Shown here: positions 48,976-53,957 of the stretch, piece after piece
Position numbering within the stretch: position 1 is the stretch's first letter
Layout of the letters: each line of letters opens with the position of its first letter
DNA from: Octopus bimaculoides
Lineage: Eukaryota
Assembly: GCF_001194135.2 (NCBI RefSeq)
Contig: NC_068991.1
Coordinates: forward strand, 2,107,560 to 2,161,516
Direction of reading: 5' to 3'
DNA: 53,957 nucleotides
Position numbers and translations under genes: made by a program
The notes under the pieces: generated by a model
What the model saw: the letters and a program-made list of their open reading frames with translations, nothing else
Told to the model about the DNA's origin: nothing
Databases searched by the model: none

Positions 48976-49168
48976 ATTTTTTGTTAAGTTATATTCCAAA
49001 CACCATCTTGATAAATGTAGAAGTGACTTATTGTCCAAAATATTTCCAAGTTCTTGCTTAGGTTTCAAAAATAATCAAGAATTTTGTTAGACATGTTGTC
49101 ATGAAATGGTTAATGGTAGTAAGTAGAGATTTTGAACCTTTTCAGTGCTATTTGATGCTTGTTTTCAG

Positions 49169-49296
49169 GTCAAATGGTGTATTCTGTGAGGAAAAGATGT
49201 GGTCAACAACTGGCCATAGAATTCCCTGTTAATGTAGACCTGGTCAGCACCGTCCCTGAATCAGCAACACCTGCTGCCATGGCTTATGCTGAGATG
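49169..49296 (+). CDS. PPAT: PPAT exon 8
   Basis: tttcag|GT...ATG|gtaaat. Encodes (G)[42 protein letters not shown] (VPES motif). Confidence 0.95.
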
Positions 49297-49581
49297 GTAA
49301 ATATAGACATTTCTTATGTTTCTGTAGACTATATCGGACATATTCCATTATGATTTCTTTAAGGAATACTGCTGCCGCCAGACATTATGGTCTTCAACTT
49401 GACGTAGAAAAGAGAAACATTCTCACAGTGTGTGTGGACCACAGGGGCCAGTCAGGAGGTACTGGCATATATCTGCTAAAATGAGATGTCAGTGTTTTCA
49501 TTTTTACATATTCGACAACAATTTATTTACTGCACCCTGTATATATATATATTTATGTTTTCTATTCTATTCTATTTCTAG

Positions 49582-49803
49582 CTTGGTATTCCATACGGTG
49601 AAGTATTGTGTAAAAATCGCTATGTTGGTCGAACATTCATCCAGCCAAGCTTGAGGCTTCGGCAGCTCGGTGTCGCTAAGAAATTCGGTGCATTGACCGA
49701 GAACTTCAAAGGCAAACGAATTGTCCTTATTGATGATTCTATTGTACGGGGAACAACAATGGCACCTATCATTAAACTATTGAAGACCTCAGGAGCTACA
49801 GAA
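49582..49803 (+). CDS. PPAT: PPAT exon 9 (PRPP-binding loop)
   Basis: ttctag|CTT...GAA|gtaagt. 74 codons: [74 protein letters not shown], containing the type I PRTase signature [12 protein letters not shown]. Confidence 0.97.
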
Positions 49804-49824
49804 GTAAGTCTCCAACCCCCCACA

Positions 49825-49855
<31 letters not shown>

Positions 49856-50701
49856 TTTAATTATAATGTGCCTAACAAATAGACACTGAATTGTCAGGTG
49901 TAGGTGCAACGGGTAAATGTTACCGGCTGTCAGTCAAAAAGCCTTTGGTTATTTACATATTTCTATAATATTTTAATTATAATATAACACATAATTAGCA
50001 TTCCATCAATTATGATGATGAGGGTTCTTGTTACTCCAACCAATGGAACAGTCTTCCAAGAAAGCAGAAGTCAGATTTCATTGAGGCAAATTTCCTACAG
50101 CTGGATGCTCTTCCTGTCACCAACCATAACCCATTTCTAAGCAAGATGATATTTCTTATAACCAGAAGACAACAGTGGTGCATGATGCTACCATTATGTG
50201 ATGCCAAGAAAAGAGAGCACACAAACGTGCTCACATATCATCATCATCATCATTTAACGTCCCATTTTCATGCTGGCATGAGTTGGAGAATTTGACAGGA
50301 GCTGAGAAGCTGGAGAGTGGCACCAGGCTCTGATTGTCTGGTTCCTACAGCTGGAGGCCCTTCCTAATGCAAACCACTTTACAGGATGTATTGGATGCTT
50401 TTTACTTGGCACCAACACAAGTGCTTTGTGTGTGGCACCAGTGTGGGTGCTTCATCCATGGCACACCAGTAGCCATGAGTTCACAAGACAAGGACCTCTC
50501 AGCTGAAAGAGGGAGTGGAACCAAGAGATGGGGGGCAGATATATAAATAAGACTTTGTAATTCAATAGTTTTTTTCATGTTTAAATATAATTTTGTATTT
50601 CAAGTTATTTCATTGATCGATATTCACATTTCATGTGTAAATATGCAGTCGTTTGGTTTTTGTGTCCATTATTGCTCTAACATCTCTTATCTTTTTTCCA
50701 G

Positions 50702-50822
50702 GTCCACATAAGGGTGGCTTCTCCACCCGTTAAATACCCATGTTATATGGGTATCAATATTCCAACCAAGGAAGAGTTGATTGCTAACCAATTTAATTCT
50801 TCGCAACTGGCAGAACATTTAG
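50702..50822 (+). CDS. PPAT: PPAT exon 10
   Basis: ttccag|GTC...G|gtaaat. Encodes [40 protein letters not shown](G); PCYMGI includes an Fe-S ligand Cys. Confidence 0.96.
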
Positions 50823-51610
50823 GTAAATTATTGTTTGGTCATCTTGACTTTGTCATCTTTTGGAACAATCAGATATTCTCATTATAAAAGCCTTCTCCGG
50901 CTAATCATTGAAAGGATGTTGGTGTTGCCTTGGCAGAGGCTTGCATTCTCTGAGTGCTTTGTTGCTATTATTGTCTGAATTGTTTGTCAGTGACCTGGCA
51001 GAATCATTAAAGCATTGCAAAAATGCTTTGTATATCTCTCCCAGCTTTTATATTCTGAGTTCAAACTCCTCTCAGATCAATTTTGTTTTTCCTCCTTTCG
51101 GTGCTGATGAAATAAGGATTTGTTGACCACTCCACCTCTAAAATTGATGGTCTTGCACCAAAGTTTAAAACCATCATTGTCATTATTATAATTATTCAGA
51201 CAATGAGCTGGCAGCACCATTAGTAGATCAGACAGAATGCTGACCAACTTTTACTGCCTGACTGGCTCCCATTCCGGTGGCATGTAAAAGGCACCCACTA
51301 CACTCGCAGAGTGGTTGGCATTAGGAAGGGCATCCAGTTGTAGAAACCTTGCCCGATCAAACTGGAGCCTGGTGCAGCCTCCTGGCTTGCCACTCCTCAG
51401 TCAAACCGTCCAACCCATGCCAGCATGGAAAGTGGACGTTAAACGACGATGATGATAATGAGTTAGTAGTACAACTAGTACAGTGAAATAGTGAGTACAT
51501 ATATAGAAATGATAGTTAATACAGAATACAATCAAGTCACCTGTAGATATGAAACTTGCCTTCTAATTTTTTTTTTATTCTTTCCTTGGTTTCTTGTCTT
51601 TTGTAAACAG

Positions 51611-51753
51611 GTGCTGACAGTTTAGAATATCTCTCTGTTGACGGGCTCCACTTAGCTGTGAAGAAAGGTGCTAAACATATGGAAGATGATGGTAAAAATG
51701 GGTATTGTGATGCTTGCTTAACAGGAAATTATCCTACTGAATTAGATTGGTAA
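51611..51753 (+). CDS. PPAT: PPAT terminal exon 11
   Basis: aaacag|GT...TAA. Encodes (G)ADSLEYLSVDGLHLAVKKGAKHMEDDGKNGYCDACLTGNYPTELDW*, with the CxxC Fe-S motif and a C-terminus resembling vertebrate CTACLTGKYPVELEW. Confidence 0.95.
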
Positions 51754-52426
51754 AAAGAAGACACTCGGGGGGGGGGGGGAGCTGTTAATATTTTCAGCTC
51801 ATTCCTCCTCACTCTCTCTCGGATGTTGCATTTAAAGAATTCATAGATTTTCGATTAAACGTCTGAGATGAGTGTTTGTTGATGAGATTAAAATTGTCTG
51901 ATCCAATTAACTTCATCATTAGAGTGAACATTTACGATATTGTGTGTGTGTGTGGTTTATTGAAACGGAAGTTTCTCATCATTGTGGTATCAGGTGAGAA
52001 TGCATAGATGCATGTGTGTATGTATATATATATGGTCTTTGCCTCCATCCATTTGATTTTGACAAGTCGCCTATGCAACTAAGCACTTTATACATGCGAA
52101 ACCAGTGGTCTCTCTCTGTCTTCCTGACTAGCCATACCAAACAACCATCTAAATATACATGTGTGCACATGCGCATGCACACAATCTCTCACGAACTTGC
52201 AGTCTCTGATTGAAACCAGATGTCTAATTCCTCGATATATCTGTGGTTCCAGACTGGATTTGAAATCAACGTTATTACTTCCCTTCTTTTAGGTTCCATG
52301 TCTATTTCCCAAGGTATCTTGTCATATGTGGCAGTGATTCTTCTGGCTAAACAGATTACTGCCCTATGTTTAACATTAAAGGTCCCATCTACAAATCATT
52401 CCTGCGACCATATATATACACACACA

Positions 52427-52471
<45 letters not shown>

Positions 52472-53734
52472 GTATGAGAGAGAGAGAGAGAAGTAAATAT
52501 ACACTGTAAAGATGAATTTAACAATCTGTAATATTAGTCTTTTTTTCTGTTTTTATTGGCTGGTATAATTTATATTTTATATTTTATCCAGTATTGTTTT
52601 GTATATTTTTTTTAAAGAATTTAGCAGCCTCCTGGTTCTGTGTTCATTTTCCACCATTGGTGGCTACTAGATACTTTCAGTGATGTAGTCAGTGAAATTA
52701 GTGAGAGAATCCATTATGTTCACTGCGAATGGTATACAGCAGTGAACAAGCGGGCAGACTGTTCATGGAGAAGTTTAGAAACGGAAAATTTAAAGTTGCA
52801 TTGGTCGGGAAAAACATCAAAATTCCAAAACTGCAATTTATTAAAAGACTTGTTTAAGTGCCTTGAGAGTTGATTTATTTCAAGGAATTCATTTCATAAA
52901 ATCATTTTAAAAGTAAAGAAAACAGAATGGAAGAGCAATTGATAACCATTTCTTCTGCAAGTTCATTTATACACATCACTGAAATTCCAAACTGTATTCA
53001 TCCATGCTTAACAAGTTTATATTTTCCCAATATTTTAACTCATTATTACTTCATGTTACAAGTAATTTTTTATAAATTTTTTTTTTACCATTAATTAAAA
53101 ATTATGTCGACACACATACACACCCAACACCTTCAAATACTGTTGCTGCAGGCACTGAGATGGCTGTGTGGGGAGAAATTTGCTTCCCAACCACATGGTT
53201 CTAGGTTCAGTCCCACTGTGTGGCACCCTGGGCAAGTGTCTTCTACTTCAGCCTCGGGCTCACCAAAGCCTTGTGAGTGGATTTGGTAGATGAAAGCTAA
53301 AAGAAAACTGAAGCCTGTTAAATGTGTGTGTGTGTGTATGTATCATATGTAATGATATCAGACTGGATCATGGTGCAGCCTTCCAGCATGGACGATGGAC
53401 GTTGAATGGGGGTGTGTCTGTATTGACATCACGTGACACTTAGGGAGTATGTTGTTGTCTCACAAAGCTAGGAAACTGGCTTTGGTAGTCCTAGGACTCG
53501 TCTCACTAATATCCAGTGGACTCTTGTGAACAGTTAACAAACGAGTCCATTTGACTCCTCTTACTGAATCTCATTTGTAAGCATTTTATTAATTTATTTT
53601 TATCATTAAACTATTTGATAAATGATTAGGTTTTTAAATTTCTATACTAAAATTGTTTAGTTATTGAGTTTAATCCTTTGGCATTTGAACAAGCCATATC
53701 CAACCAAAATATTCATCCTGTTCATCATCATCAT

Positions 53735-53957
53735 CATCATCGTTTAACGTCCGCTTTCCATGCTAGCATGGGTTGGACGATTTGACTGAGGACTGGTGAA
53801 ACCGGATGGCAACACCAGGCTCCAGTCTGATTTGGCAGAGTTTCTACAGCTGGATGCCCTTCCTAACGCCAACCACTCAGAGTGTAGTGGGTGCTTTTAC
53901 GTGTCACCCGCACGAAAACGGCCACGCTCGAAATGGTGTCATTTATGTGCCACCCGC
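53735..53957 (+). mobile_element. Interspersed repeat beginning (cat)n-cgtttaacgtccgctttccatgc (truncated by the window end)
   Basis: Copies at 48665-48760, 50240-50520, 51270-51455 (-), 37770-37990 (-) and 35720-35760 (-). Confidence 0.75.

Overview
Eukaryotic, AT-rich, microsatellite-saturated draft scaffold with 14 N-gaps, most flanked by simple repeats. The repeat content and gene structure look like a cephalopod (Octopus-like) assembly; this is inferred, not shown by the sequence. I can support only two host genes, arranged head-to-head with about 2.17 kb between start codons. One is a CINP-like gene on the minus strand (4 exons visible, 40156 to 37227; one internal exon is missing and probably lies in the gap at 38271-38584). 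The other is amidophosphoribosyltransferase, PPAT/purF, on the plus strand (10 exons visible, 42326 to 51753; exon 2 is missing and probably lies in the gap at 43387-44276). The first ~36 kb shows no recognisable host exons. It consists of decayed mobile elements: mariner, CR1/L2-like, R4/Dong-like, RTE, L1/Tx1, Penelope-like, and several SINE or SINE-like families. Almost all ORFs in the supplied track are artefacts of microsatellites or N-runs. The best leads are (i) dispersed minimal hammerhead-ribozyme-like motifs with palindromic or loopless stem III, one with a fully intact catalytic core, (ii) two RFX X-boxes plus a CRE at the 5' end of an L1/Tx1 element, (iii) a tRNA-like unit repeated three times in inverted and tandem arrangement, (iv) long near-perfect hairpins, one just inside PPAT intron 1, and (v) PPAT paired divergently with CINP rather than PAICS. 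None is demonstrated as a new system; all calls come from reading the sequence by eye, without database searches or folding software.
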